Shown: positions 10,433 through 25,558 of the stretch, one piece after another
Layout of the letters: every line of letters begins with the position of its first letter
Position numbering within the stretch: the stretch's first letter is position 1
Assembly (NCBI GenBank): GCA_020891255.1
Contig: BQFW01000002.1
Location: 2,418,001 to 2,482,000, forward strand
Length of the DNA: 64,000 bases
Direction of reading: 5' to 3'
Origin: Entomortierella parvispora E1425
Lineage: Eukaryota; Fungi; Mortierellomycota
Notes under the pieces: generated by a model
What the model was told of the DNA's origin: nothing
Seen by the model: only the letters and a program-made list of their open reading frames with translations
Database searches by the model: none
Program-made: the position numbers and the translations under genes

Positions 10433-12321
10433 ATGACATTCGTCATCCGCCGGGTCTCACAGTCAGCCGCACTCTGGTGGCCTCGTGCGCCACTGCCACT
10501 GCGGGCGAGTCCCCCCAGAATGGTCTGTGCACGCCCACTCCACTCGTTCATTTCTGCACCCACCACGACAGCACCCATGCTTTCGCTCGTGGGAACAAAG
10601 TCCTCCAAAGTCTTGTCTTTTAGTAGTCGTCTCTCTCATTCCTTCTCTCCTGCATCCCGCTCCTCATCTCTCCTCAGCTCATTCTCCCGCCCATTCACTC
10701 TTCATCCTAAACCCGCAATGTCTGCCGCGCCCGCACACCCCGCACACCCCGGTCACCTCCACAAGTGCACCGACGCCACCTTGACACCCGTCAAGTCCAC
10801 CATCCATTTCTCTATTACCGACAAGGTCGGCGCCCTTGACGAGTGTCTGGCCGCCATCAAGGCCATGAACATATCCCTGACCCGCATCGAATCGTAGGTC
10901 GTGTAGTCCTTCTATCACAGTCTTTCTCTTGACAGCCTTTTCAAAACTAATGCATGCTCCTTTTTCCTGGTTGCGCAGACGCCCAAGCAAGACTGCTGAG
11001 TGGGATTACGACTTTTTTGTCGACTTTGACGCTGCCAACTCGGAGCAAGTCGCTCAAGTGGCCAAGACACTCGAGTCTCTCGCCAAGCAGGTCCATGTCG
11101 TGGGCACTGGTGGCGTTCCTGATGCCAAGACGAGTGGTAAGAAACAGCATCCTTTCGTGGGCACTCTAAAGATCAAGAAAGTGTCACTCACAACAGTTAT
11201 CAATCTACTCATAGCTGATCTTGCCGACTCGACACCCTGGTTCCCACGCAAGATGGTGGATTTGGACACGTTCGCAGACAAGGTCCTCGAGATGGGCGAA
11301 GAGCTGGATGCCGACCATCCAGGCGCCAAGGATGCCGTCTATCGTGCCCGTCGATCCGAGATTACAAACATTGCAAAAACCTACAAGACGTAAGACCTTT
11401 TCCTTCCCTATTGTTTGTTGCCCCTTATTTGAAAAAGGAAACCAACCTGACGCTCACGAGTACTCGCATAGCGGACAGCCCATTCCTCACGTGGCATATA
11501 CAGATGTCGAGATCCAGACCTGGAACGCAGTGTTCAACAAGCTGACTACCATGTTCCCAAGCCACGCTTGCCGAGAGCATCAGTACGTCTTCCCTTTGTT
11601 AATCCAGAACTGCGGTTATGGACCTGATAACATTCCCCAGTTGGACGGAGTGTCCAAGTTCTTGAAAGACTGCACTGGATTCACCCTTAGACCTGTCATG
11701 GGTTTGCTGACAAGCCGCGATTTCCTTAATGGTCTTGCCTTCCGAGTCTTCCACTCGACTCAGTACATTCGTCACCACTCCAAACCCCTGTACACACCCG
11801 AGCCCGATGTTTGCCACGAGCTTTTGGGCCATGTCCCTTTGTTCGCCAACCCTGATTTTGCAGATTTTTCGCAAGAGATTGGTTTGGCATCCTTGGGAGC
11901 GTCCGACAGTGACATTGAGCGATTGGCGACCATTTATTGGTTTACTGTCGAGTTTGGCATTTGTCGCCAAGGCGATCAGCTTCGAGCTTATGGCGCCGGC
12001 CTCCTCTCGTCCTTTGGTGAGCTCGAGTATTGCTTGAGCGGCAAGCCCGAGATCAGACCTTTCGAGCCTGCAAAGGTCGCGCTGCAAAAGTACCCCATTA
12101 CTGAGTACCAGCCCGTGTACTTTGTGGCCGAATCCTTCAAAGATGCTCAGTTGCGCGTCCGAGAGTTTGCAAACACCTGCAACCGTCCCTTCTCTGTGAG
12201 ATACAATGCGTACACTGAAAGTATCGAGATTTTGGACTCGAAGGAGAAAGTCTTGCGTTACGCCCAGAGCATCAAGACTGACATGCTTACGCTCGTGGAT
12301 GCTTTGGAAAAACTGTCGTAA
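10433..12321 (+). CDS. PAH: Phenylalanine 4-hydroxylase (ACT plus pterin-dependent catalytic domain), 4 exons; alternative start at 10718
   Basis: ACT domain [10 protein letters not shown]...LTRIES|RPSK, then [15 protein letters not shown], iron ligands in HELLGHVP and WFTVEFG, and [16 protein letters not shown]. In-frame ATGs occur at 10433, 10577 and 10718. Confidence 0.95.
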
Positions 12322-12470
12322 CAAGGACCGCATTCACTTCTTTAAAATGAATAAAAGAAACGTATTTTTTGGTGGCAACGATCACGTGTTTATGATGGAA
12401 TCACTTGTGCGCCTCGAGACTCATTCAACTTCATTGATTCACTTGCCACTCAACATTGACAGGACTCGGA

Positions 12471-13884
12471 ATGACAACCTCTGGAACTGGAATCAAGGAT
12501 GCCTCCGCAGTCAAGATGCGACTGGAAGAGGAGATCGTTTCTCTGATCTCTGAAGTTCAAGGTGCACTAGTTTTTCAGAGCTGGAGCTGAACGACTTTGG
12601 AAACACTAATTAACTCTGGATATTTTTTGTCGTGCTTCAGATTTTAACCCCTCTACCATTGACCGGATCGAGTTGCCGACACCCCTGGAGTTTCATCGCT
12701 ATGTCGCCGCTAATCGCCCAGTTATCATTTCTCTCCCTCCATCCGCGACCACTATCCATACCGATTCTTCAAGGGTGGCGGCTACAGAAGAGGAAAAGCA
12801 GTGGTCTTGGCCGGCGTTCACAAAATGGACCAACGAGTATCTGACAAAGACTCTAGGCGAAAAGGAAATCACAGTGGCATGTACGCCGGATGGATGGGCA
12901 GATGCGGTCGTGGACGATACCTATTTCGCGATGCCTTGCGAGAAAAAGATGACTTTTAGTCAGTTTTTGGACGGCATGCCTATACGGACACAGCAAAAAA
13001 GGACTCATGAATACAGTGAAGTCTCTGCACTCCAAACCACAGATGCTACTACAGAACAAAGACGAGACCCTTACCAGGAAGTTCGCTATATTCAATTGCA
13101 GAACGGAAACCTAATGACTGAATACGAGGAGCTGCTGGGAGACGTTCCTGCTCATATCCCTTTTGCAAGTGAAGCTCTTGGTAAATCTCCAGATGCAGTC
13201 AATTTTTGGTACGGCGATGAGAGGAGCACCACCTCTCTCCATAAAGGTAGGAGTTCATCCATTCATCGAGAATGTTTGGTGTCTTTGATCTCAACCACCG
13301 TCTCTAATGTTTAATTTGCCTTGCGAATAGATCACTATGAGAACATCTATGCAGTGGTTGCAGGCAGAAAAATCTTTACATTGATCCCGCCCACTGAGCA
13401 ATTTTGCTTGCATGAGAAGCAATACATCGCTGCAACCTATGTCGATACCACCAATGTTGCGACACAACCGCCTTCAGAATCGGGAACTCTGGAACAAGCC
13501 CTGCAGGACAACTTGACGTTGCAAGGTCCCAGCTCACAGTCTGCACCCATCTCTATCCCAACATCCAGTCCCCATTATATCCTTGAGCCATTGGATCCTC
13601 TGACAATGACGAAGTGGATCGCGCTCAACCCTTCACACGAGCCCAAGGAGGAGCTTTTTGAAAAGTATCCTCGGTTCCAGATGTGCCAGCCTTTCAGGGT
13701 AGAGCTCAATCCAGGGGAGATGTTGTATCTGCCTGCGATGTGGTACCATCAGGTGGAGCAGGAGCCTGATCATGAGGGCAAGTGCATTGCGGTGAACTGG
13801 TGGTATGACATGGGGTTTGAAGGGGACCGATTTTCGAACGCGACGTTCATGAACAACCTGGTGCAGCTCGTGGACCAGATCTGA
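12471..13884 (+). CDS. JMJD7: JmjC/cupin-8 2-oxoglutarate oxygenase, JMJD7-like, 3 exons
   Basis: TPLEFHRYVAANRPVII, YIQLQNGNL, VNFWYGDERSTTSLHK|DHYENIYAVVAGRKIFTLIPP (HxD), LNPGEMLYLPAMWYHQV and AVNWWYDM. Confidence 0.9.
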
Positions 13885-14417
13885 TTGTCAACATGACTCT
13901 TCGATAAAGAAAAATAAATAAAACAAGGACAAAAAGGGACAAAAAGCAAAGCACTCGATCCAAAACGGAGAAGATCTTCGGTGAGAAATTGAAGGATGTC
14001 CATTGGGACAGATGATAAAAATAGAAAAAAAAAAAAAAAAAAAAAAAGGCGGAAAATAGCACTTGCACAGGTGTCCCTGACCCGCCTTTCGATCTGAGTT
14101 TGCATCAACGATGATGAAAGACTTATCTCTGCGTGGTCCCTGACCTTTTAACACCTTTCTTCTTCTTTTCCACTGTCTTCTCTGTCACTGTCTCATCCTT
14201 CCTCACTCCACTCCCTCGTTTTAATGAACTAACGACATCCTCACATTCTTGTCTCCTATTTTCCATTCTCAACGGTTGCTCTCATACCTCTCTCCCTCCT
14301 TTTCTGCATCCTCCGCATCTTCATCTCTCTCTTTTCTCCCAGCATCTTGCTTAAAGTACCCACACCCTCCAACCACCACCACCACCACCACCACCACCCC
14401 ATCTACATCACTCGCCC

Positions 14418-16815
14418 ATGGCAGTAGCAGTCTCAGGGAACTTGTGTTCCTGTCTTTTTCGCTACCTGGTACTTGCCTTCTTGGCCTCTTCCGTAATCTA
14501 TACCACATCCTCTCTCTTGTTCAACGTCTCATCAGAGGACATCCGCAAGAATGCTGCTGGTTTCATTCAGCGCTCAGGCGCTGGCAAGTCCCTGTCGTCG
14601 CTGATCGACATTCAATCACCAACATTCGAGATTGATAGCATCAAATACAGCCAACAAAAGATGGTCATCTCTGCATCCAAACCTTCAGGTAACAAAAAAG
14701 GAGAAAGGCTACATTCGAGTTGCACTTGTGACCGAGGTTGAACAATCCACTAGAGACTCACCCTCCCTCCTTTGTTCTTGTCGAGAGTAGCCATTCAGGA
14801 GAAGGGAGTTGAGACACATGCAGTGGACGAGGATTTCTATCTGTCCAAGGTCTACAGTACGGCGATGCAACCGTCCAAGGTCATTCCTTACTACTTTAAG
14901 GCCGAGGGCGTCTTTGACAAGGAGGAAATCACCATCACGACCCTGATCACTGAGAACAGGTAAATGTCACAACACCTTTCAGTCACATAGAAGAGATCTC
15001 TTTGACTCCTGTGGGACCCTCGAGCCTTTTGACACAACTGTTGAGTGTTGAGACGCAGCATGCTCTTTCAGGACAGACTGCACCTGCTGGACCAAGGCAC
15101 GATATATCTTGCACTGCACGGCATGGAGGGTGGTCACAGCAGCAGGGTGTGGCGATGCGGAACGACTTCCAAGCACCTTGGCCACAGGATAACTTTCAGT
15201 GGCATGGATCTCTATGTGTGTTGTTCTCCTGGCCCATCCTGTTCTCGTACCTTCGATGCGGATGGACATCCTTTTTTCTTTTTTTTTTTTTTTTTTTTTT
15301 TTTGTCCTGGGAACACAGGAGACGGATGTCGTTGGGACTGAAATGAAATTTATTGCGTTGGGAGCATCGCACAAGGGTGCAAAACACAAACACTCACTCA
15401 CCCAGCAGGCTCCAGCGATTGGGTTGCTGGCGGCAATAGCAATCAAGGTTAGGAGGGGGAATGGGTGAAATCCCTATCGACTTCCGGGAAGGGGTTGAGA
15501 GCAGCTCTCTCGTTTTGGCTTTCTTTCTGCGCTAACTCGCCATCACTCTTTTTTGATTACCCTGTTGACAACGTGCGACCAATACCCTTTTGTTTTTCCT
15601 TTCTTTGTTCTTTTTTGCACACGCTCTCATTCACTGTCTTTACCCGCCTTGAGGCATACTGACGTTATTGGCCTCCCCATGTTTCTTTGCAATCTAGATT
15701 CGGAGTCTTTAAAAAGTTGGTGCGCAACTACAGAGGCCCCATCTCTGTCAGTATCTGGATCCGCGACGACGAGTTCAAGGACCAGCACTTTACAGCATTG
15801 CACGAGTTTTACGATTCCGAGCCATTGTTGAGACAATATGTGGATTTCCATGTCGTCGTTGACCGTTTCGACTTCCAGCTCAACATGTGGCGCAACGTGG
15901 CTAGACTCTTTGCCAGGACCGACTACTTTATGCTTTTGGACGTGGACTTTCACATCTGCACTGACCTTCGCAAGCACCTGCAAGAAAACCCTTATGCTAT
16001 GGATCTTCTTCGCGGTGGCTCTGCCTTAGTCCTGCCCGCATTCGAGTATACTCATGAGGAGGACGGCGTTGACTCTGCTACTTTCCCCACAGAGAAGGCT
16101 GCTGTTGAAAAGCTGGTCAAGAACAAAAAGCTGATGGCTTTCCATTCTGCAAAGTTTGTGCCTGGTCACGGAGCGTCCAACTATCCAAAGTGGTACGCAA
16201 CGGATGAGATCTACAAGGTCACTACTTTCAACTTCAAGTACGAGCCCTACGTTGTCCTCAAGAAGGAGGGTACTCCTTGGTGCGATGAGAGATTCGTCGG
16301 TTATGGAGCCAACAAAGCTGTAAGTGATGAAATACCTACTGAACAGGAGACAGCGGTCTATTATGCATGAGTACTGAGTATTAACCTCTTTCGCATTGAC
16401 TGGATAGGCATGCTTGTACGAGATCTACATGTCTGGTATCGACTACTACGTTTTGCCAAGAGACTTTTTGATCCATCAGTCCCACCCATACCTCGAGTCC
16501 AAGCGATCTGGTGGAGTAAGTGGGAGTTTACATGTCTGATTTATTTGACTTACCCTTTGTTGCATCGATGAACTGGTTGGCTAATTTCTTTTTTTCTGTA
16601 CTTGACTCTCTTAGCGTAAATTGAACGCCGAGCTGTATGCTGCCTTCCGAGATGAGCTCTGTTACCGGTATGCAAAGGCCATGTACTTTGCCAATGAGCT
16701 GAACACGCCCAAGGCCAGCAACATGATGAGTCAGTGCTCAAAACTCAAGGGCTTTAAGGAGGCCCTGAAGGACTTTCCAGTAATGTGGAAGACGAGACCG
16801 GCATTGTCAGCATAG
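14418..16815 (+). CDS. Glycosyltransferase family 49 (LARGE/B4GAT1-like), type II membrane protein, 5 exons
   Basis: N-terminal TM anchor. ITITTLITENR|FGVFKKLVRNYRGPISV joins across a 738-nt intron. Also QLNMWRNVARLFARTDYFMLLDVDF (DxD), ALVLPAFE and YEPYV...PWCDERFVGYGANKA. Confidence 0.88.
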
Positions 16816-17271
16816 AGAGGCTTTTTATTATTATTTTCGCCCATTTTAGTCCCCTTATCGCAAAGTACCCCTTCATTTATTCCCATTTGCTTGTTTTCTT
16901 GCTTTTTCTGTTGTTCTCGTTACGTTGTCGCCCTTCCTCTTTCAGGAACCGATCCCCCAAGACGTGGCCGTCGTTGCCACCAAAAATAAAATTGTCTGTG
17001 GCTTATTCAACAGTCACGATTTCTTCCTCCTTCTCCTTCTTCGCATGCGAGTCCACACCTTTGTCGCCATTCGCGTTTCCTCTTGGTTCCTTTCTTTGCC
17101 CTTTGCATTACTTAGACCTTTACCTTCCCCATCGAGCTACCTTTGCTTCTTTTCCCCTTTTCTTCCCTACGACGCGCAACTCCCCGAAGCGTCCCTTTCT
17201 CCCTGGCCCACAACTCTCCCCCACCGACCTTCACCTCCTAGCGCGTGATCAGCAGGAGAATCCGTTGCGCC

Positions 17272-20200
17272 ATGGCTGTCCCTGAAATGCCGCCTCCCTC
17301 GCTCATCTTCGACTATGCGTCGATCGATGCAGAGGACCCTATTGACATGGTATTTCTAAAAGCCACGTTTCCCTCGAGATGGCATCGTTCTGCTAGATAA
17401 TGATGTTTCCTTTCTCTCGGAAACTAACTCCTTTTTCACTTGCTTTGACTGAAAAAATTAGGACATGAGCGCTGCATACAAACAACTGATGGATTCATTC
17501 AGTGGAAAGACCGAGATGGAGATTCATAATCAGCTACAAGAAACAGCCTCTATCAGTATGGCAAAGCACGCCGAGATCATCAATGGACTACTTTATGGCA
17601 TCTTTACCCACCACCCCAACCTCCAGAACCCGTCCTTTGTCCAACATCACAACATCCCCCAGGGCACACCGTCGACCATCTATTCGGCCCAGGATCTCTT
17701 CAGGCACATGAACTTTGTTGCGCGCGACTCGCTCGGTTTTGCAGTCAAACAAACGAGACATTTTTGCAGCCACGTCAACTTTCACAAGATTCGATCCTCG
17801 GTCAAAGAACAACTCGTCTGGCTTGTAGGTCAGCTCACAGAGATCCGCGTCCTAGGGGTGGAGCAGCTTTACCAAATGTTGCTTCGACAGATTCGAGGAG
17901 GCGATCCTTCCCCAGCCAATATTCAGCATGCAGAGGCCATGTTGAAACTTTTGCAGGCACATCTGGTCTGGGTATACGGAACACAAAACTTGGTCCCTTA
18001 TTCATGTTTTACATATCTCAGAATTATGCTTGATCATGGACGATTCACAAACCTCAGACAACAGGAGGCCGTCTTTTGTGCAAAGCTTCTTCGGGAAAAG
18101 TTTCGGGATTGCTGCGACGTTGGACGTGATCTTATCAGGGCACTCCAAGATGTTGCACGGATAAAGGAGATTGAAGAAATTTGGGTCGATCTGCTCCGTC
18201 ATCCCGAAAAACTCAACCCTCAGCTCGAAGGAGTGCATCAGCTGATGGCAATGCCAACGCGGGACCTATACCTGGCGAGTCGCCTTACTTTTGACATTGA
18301 GCACAAGCTTCTTTATATTCTCAAAAACGTACGTATTATCGGCTCGTTTCATTGGAGGAACGTTGATGCTGAGAAAAGGGCTAGGAAGCTAATCCATTGT
18401 TATGTCTCCTTTCGAAATCACCAACAGGTTATATCAGGACATCATCACAGACAACTTCAGTGGTTCATTGACCGGTTTTTGGCCGCTCCTGAAGCAGACG
18501 CCCTATTCTGCGATATTATCCGCTATATTTGTGGCGTCTATCACCCAACAAATGCAGTTCTTGCCAGTCAAATCGTTCCTCGCTATGTATTGATCGGTGG
18601 CCTGCTAAGGCAGATCAAGGTATGCTGCGCCCCAGAATAATAGGTTACAACAGTGAAGTACTGGCAAGGTTACTAACATCATGATTTGTTTCAGTCAAAT
18701 GTTGCAGCTTCGAACGTCAAGCTGGCGCTGTTTTACGACTGGTTATTTTACGACCCATCCAAAGACAACATTATGAATATCGGTAAGAAACCATTTTTTT
18801 TTCTCTTCTCGGTCCTGTTGATTATATGTCAGATATGCAGCTGTTAATCATCTGATATCTGTACTGGTTTGCATTTATAGAGCCAGCAATGCTACTGATG
18901 GAGCGATCTGTTGACAAGTATCCATACATGACTGCGATTCTCCTCGAGTTTTTGCATTTCACAGTTGAAAATTACCACCCACCTCAGCGGGACTATATCC
19001 ATCAACATGTTGGATATGCTGGACAGGCTCTTGTTGACAAGGGAGTCATCAGGTATGATGATCGTGTATACCCGACCTTTTCAGGCCTGAGCTTGATTCT
19101 AATTATCTATTGTACTTATTAACTGTGAACTAGGTCTTGGCGGAATATTTACCGAAACCCGTCTTTAGACGACTATTCTCCGGTCCGCGAATACATGCTG
19201 TCCATGTTTCCTAGAAATCTTGCGGATATTATCGAAGCAAATGCTTCTAACCAACCGTCAGCTGCTAGCTCGTCTTCAGAGAGCCTGAATGAACCACAAT
19301 CTCCAAAGACAAACGGTCAGGGACGGCCGACTGATCGAGCCAATGGCGAGGACAGCATAGATGAGTTTGAAGGGTCACCGCAGCGATCAACTTTTACATC
19401 TCAGGGTATAGCCGGTCAGGACAGCGGAGATGACTTTGAGGATCCAAGCAAGTCATCCGGAGTTGGAAGAAAGTCCAGAGACCAGTCGCGAGAGTCATCC
19501 AGAGAACCCATGCAGGTGGACGAGCCAACGAGTGTCTCTGCCACGGAAGACGAAGATGAAGACGAGGATGGAGAGGACGAAGTCATGGAGTCGTCATCTA
19601 CAACAGCAGTCCATAAGCCCGCACCTACAACAACTCCGGCAAAACCCGCCCCCGAGCCCATGTTGGCTGATTGGGGCTTTAATGTCGAATCTGCCGCTCC
19701 AAAGCCCAGTGGATCTGATGATGGTGTTTCAGCAGCAACACCTGTGCCTGGTGCATCCTTGTGGATTTTTGGATCAAGTCTCCCAGAATTCAAGAAAGCT
19801 TACGAGAACGATCCAGACAACCCCGACGTTGCAGATATGTTTCGTCATATCTGGGATGTCTATGGCGATGTTGCTGGCGCCGGAGTGGAAGGATCCGATA
19901 TTGCAAATGAAATTGGTCAGGAAATCTGCGCCTTTGCAGGAAAAGCAGATATCCCAGACACATATCTCTCACACAGGGTTCGCAAAGTCAAGTCAGCATC
20001 GGTCTCTTTGCCGTCGTCATCCACCTCATCCTCAGCTGGCGACATGAACACGGATGGAGAGGAAGATGCCGGAGTCATGGAACCACTGGTAGCTTGCCTG
20101 TGGAGAGTCACCGAGAGAGATGGAAAAGACGGTGCCAGACGAGTAGCTCAGGTGTTTTTAAAGAGTGAGGCGTCGGTGGATCCTAACGAGCGACTACTAG

Positions 20201-22602
20201 GAATGTGGTACTTACTGGGATTGGCTCGTGGACTCCAACAACGTTCAGCGGTTCCAGCGACAGGAGGAGGCCATGGCCACGGTATTTCTGTTGAAGAGGC
20301 TATGGGCCTCTATGGCGATTACTTGAACGTCTCTGCTGCACAGGACAAAGGTGGAGATGCAGATATTAATCCCGAGGACCTCAAGGGCGTTGCACAAGAG
20401 TATTTGATTCGCGATCTTCAACACCTCCAGGACCGGCAGCCAACGGCATTCGACCCTGTGCTGATTATGGCACTCAGATATCTTCCGGAATATGTGCCAA
20501 GGACAGAAGCGTTTCTCAGACTGACACTCAACATGGCAACGCCTGCTCAAATTTACACCCTGAGCTTGGGACTTTCAAGGCGCGACTACACATTGCTTTG
20601 CAATCACAAGCCAATATTGAGCGACAGCTTATCGACCAAGGACAAGAACGCTGGGAATCACAGTACCAAAAAGGGTTCAAGAAAGGTCTCGGTGAAATCT
20701 GAACCAGAAGACGATTCTACCGTCTCTGATACTAAGTCCAGGTCATGGGAGCCACGGGTGACCACAGAGGTCCAGCAGGTTCTGGGTTCGACCCTCGAAT
20801 GGGATACTTACGAGCAGCTGGGGGTCTGGCAGATGGCAGTCTCTGAGCTCGGAGGGGCAACCAGTGCTGTGACTGAACTCCTAAAGGCCAGCTGGGTGCC
20901 CGCACTCGATAGGACGACACGTGCAGAGGCCATGAGCGGACTCTTGAATCTAGTTCGCTCGGTGTCTTCTACTCCCCCCAGCATTCAACTCGCCAGGACC
21001 GTGGTCAGAATCATCACCAGCCGTTCGGATCCAGAATTGCAACCAGGGACCGAAGTGGCGTCAGATGATATGGTAGAGTTTTGCGAATCCTTCATGATTC
21101 ACTGGGCGCATTTGTTCCCGGAGCAGGTCTCGCAGCTCTTGGTATCCTTGAGTGATAAAAATGCCACTCCTGTCCAGGATGACGAGCAAATTGAGAGCGG
21201 AACCAAGGGCAGCTCAAAGGCCAAGTTGACACCGAAGCAACGCAAGGAGCAAGTCCTTTACCTCCGCACAGCTCTCGGCCTACTTCATGGTTGGTGGGAT
21301 GACCTTGTCGAAAAGGAGCAAGGTTCGGAATCAAAAGCGCGTAAAGCTTTCTCCAGCGTTTGGTCAGTGGAGACGCGCACGTCTGTCCAGGATGCCTTGA
21401 CCGAGATTTCTGGGGCAGGAGAGCTGGATACCTGGCCAAGGGGTTGGTGGATCAAGGAAGATGACGACGAGCTGGATGATCGGACAGGACTGAGCAGTAC
21501 TGCAGCTGTACGGCGCAAAAAGAGCGGAAAGCGGGAGGTGAAGAGCGAGGATGAGGATGACAAGGTGAACTCTGATGACGCAAAAGACAGCGACGACGGG
21601 AACGGAAGCGACGACGACCGGGCAATGGAGGTCGATCCCTCACCTAAGAGAGAAACACGCGGCCGAACGGAAGAGGAGGAAGAGGCCGAGAGAGAGGAGC
21701 GACGATCTTCAACAACGTTGTCACTGAGAGATCGGTTCGGTGACAAGAAAGGTACGGCCTCGCCCAGCCGCAGAAACAGCCCTAAAGTCACCCCATCTTC
21801 CTTCCCAGCCAGCTCAAGTCGTAGGGAAAGCACATCGGCCGTAGCGTCAGCAGGAGTTCTTAATTCAAAGTCCAAAGGCAAAAAGGCACCCGCGGCTACA
21901 ACAACAAGGCGTGGCACCGCAACATCTGCAGCCGCAGCTGCCTCAGCCTCTCAGCGAGGTGGTAGCAAGAGAAAGAAGCGCTACTCCGACGATGAGGATG
22001 ACGACGATGATGATGACAAGGATGACGATGAAGACGAAGAGGAAGAAGAGGAGGAAGAAGAGGAAGAAGAGGACGATGACGATGATGATGACGAAGATGT
22101 AGGAACGACACGCGGCTCTAAATCAAGGCCATCTTCTAGCTCCAAGACTGCTACCAAACGTAGTTCTCGATCCAAAGCTGCCACCAGTCGTATCAAGGCC
22201 AAGCCTGCTGCCAAGAACTCAAAGAGCAAAAAGCGTACTGATAAGGACGAGGACGAGGACGACGAGGAAGAGGAGAAGGAGGAAGACGATTCTGAGGATG
22301 AGGCTCAGGATGAAGACGAAAACGAAGAGGACGAGGACAAGAAGGGTAGTGGTGACGATGAAGAAGATGAAGACGAGGATGAGGAGGATCAAGAGGAAGA
22401 GCAAAAGGGCAAGTTGCCTCTCTACTCTCAACGGAAAGCGGCAGCCTCTGCCAACTCAAAGTTGCTGGCCAAGTCTTCTCCTTCGTCTTCTAACTCTTCT
22501 TCTGGATCTCCACCGGGCTCGTCCAAGAGCAAGACTGCCGCGGCTGCTTCACGGAGTCGAAGCAAACCAAAGCGGCGACTCCCATCGGATGACGATGAAT
22601 AA
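17272..22602 (+). CDS. INTS3: Integrator complex subunit 3 / SOSS-A homologue with a long acidic low-complexity C-terminus, about 6 exons
   Basis: [51 protein letters not shown] and [18 protein letters not shown]...DNIMNIEPA closely track the metazoan INTS3 N-terminal domain as I recall it. Confidence 0.92.
21980..22400 (+). repeat. GAN-codon (Asp/Glu) low-complexity tracts in the INTS3 C-terminus
   Basis: Runs of gatgac/gaagag encode [35 protein letters not shown] and further D/E blocks. Confidence 0.9.
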
Positions 22603-22681
22603 AACTGTACTGTATAGCCATTTTCTCTCTTTTGTCTATGCTTTTGCTTTATTTTATTATGGTACATTGTTTAAGGGACTT

Positions 22682-25091
<2,410 letters not shown>

Positions 25092-25558
25092 TTTCTGTCG
25101 CAATGAGGATGAATGCTGAAGAGGACAAACTGAAAGCAGGTGCATGGCATGGCCCTTTTTTCTTTTTTTTTGCCACCACAGAGAAAAATAGTGACTGCCA
25201 TTTATTTGAATGATCACGTGCACTCATTTTCACTTAACGCGAGACGCGCGACCCATCGCCACCAACATTCCTACCCTGCCATTCCATGCCATCGCTCCAT
25301 CTTTCTGCTTTGCTGAATTCATTGCACGCATTTTCATCCGCACTCTGGAATCTCGTCTAAGCGTGCCATCAGGCTGTTCATTGGGCCACTGAGCAATTGT
25401 AAGGGGCCAGAAATATTGTTGTTGTAATCTACCATTGAACTCGCATCACAAAAACTAATGCCTTCAGTCTCAGTCTCTTTTCTCGGGACAGCAAAAGGCT
25501 TCTCCGCGCCCAACCAACAAGAGCATCCGGACATCTGGACAGGACAGTCGACGGCAAG

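Noticed and set aside
11599-12333. Long antisense ORFs opposite PAH, INTS3 (21285-21917), PRCC (33185-33802) and BVMO (53006-53755)
   Set aside because: Shadow ORFs produced by codon bias and low-complexity sequence on the coding strand.
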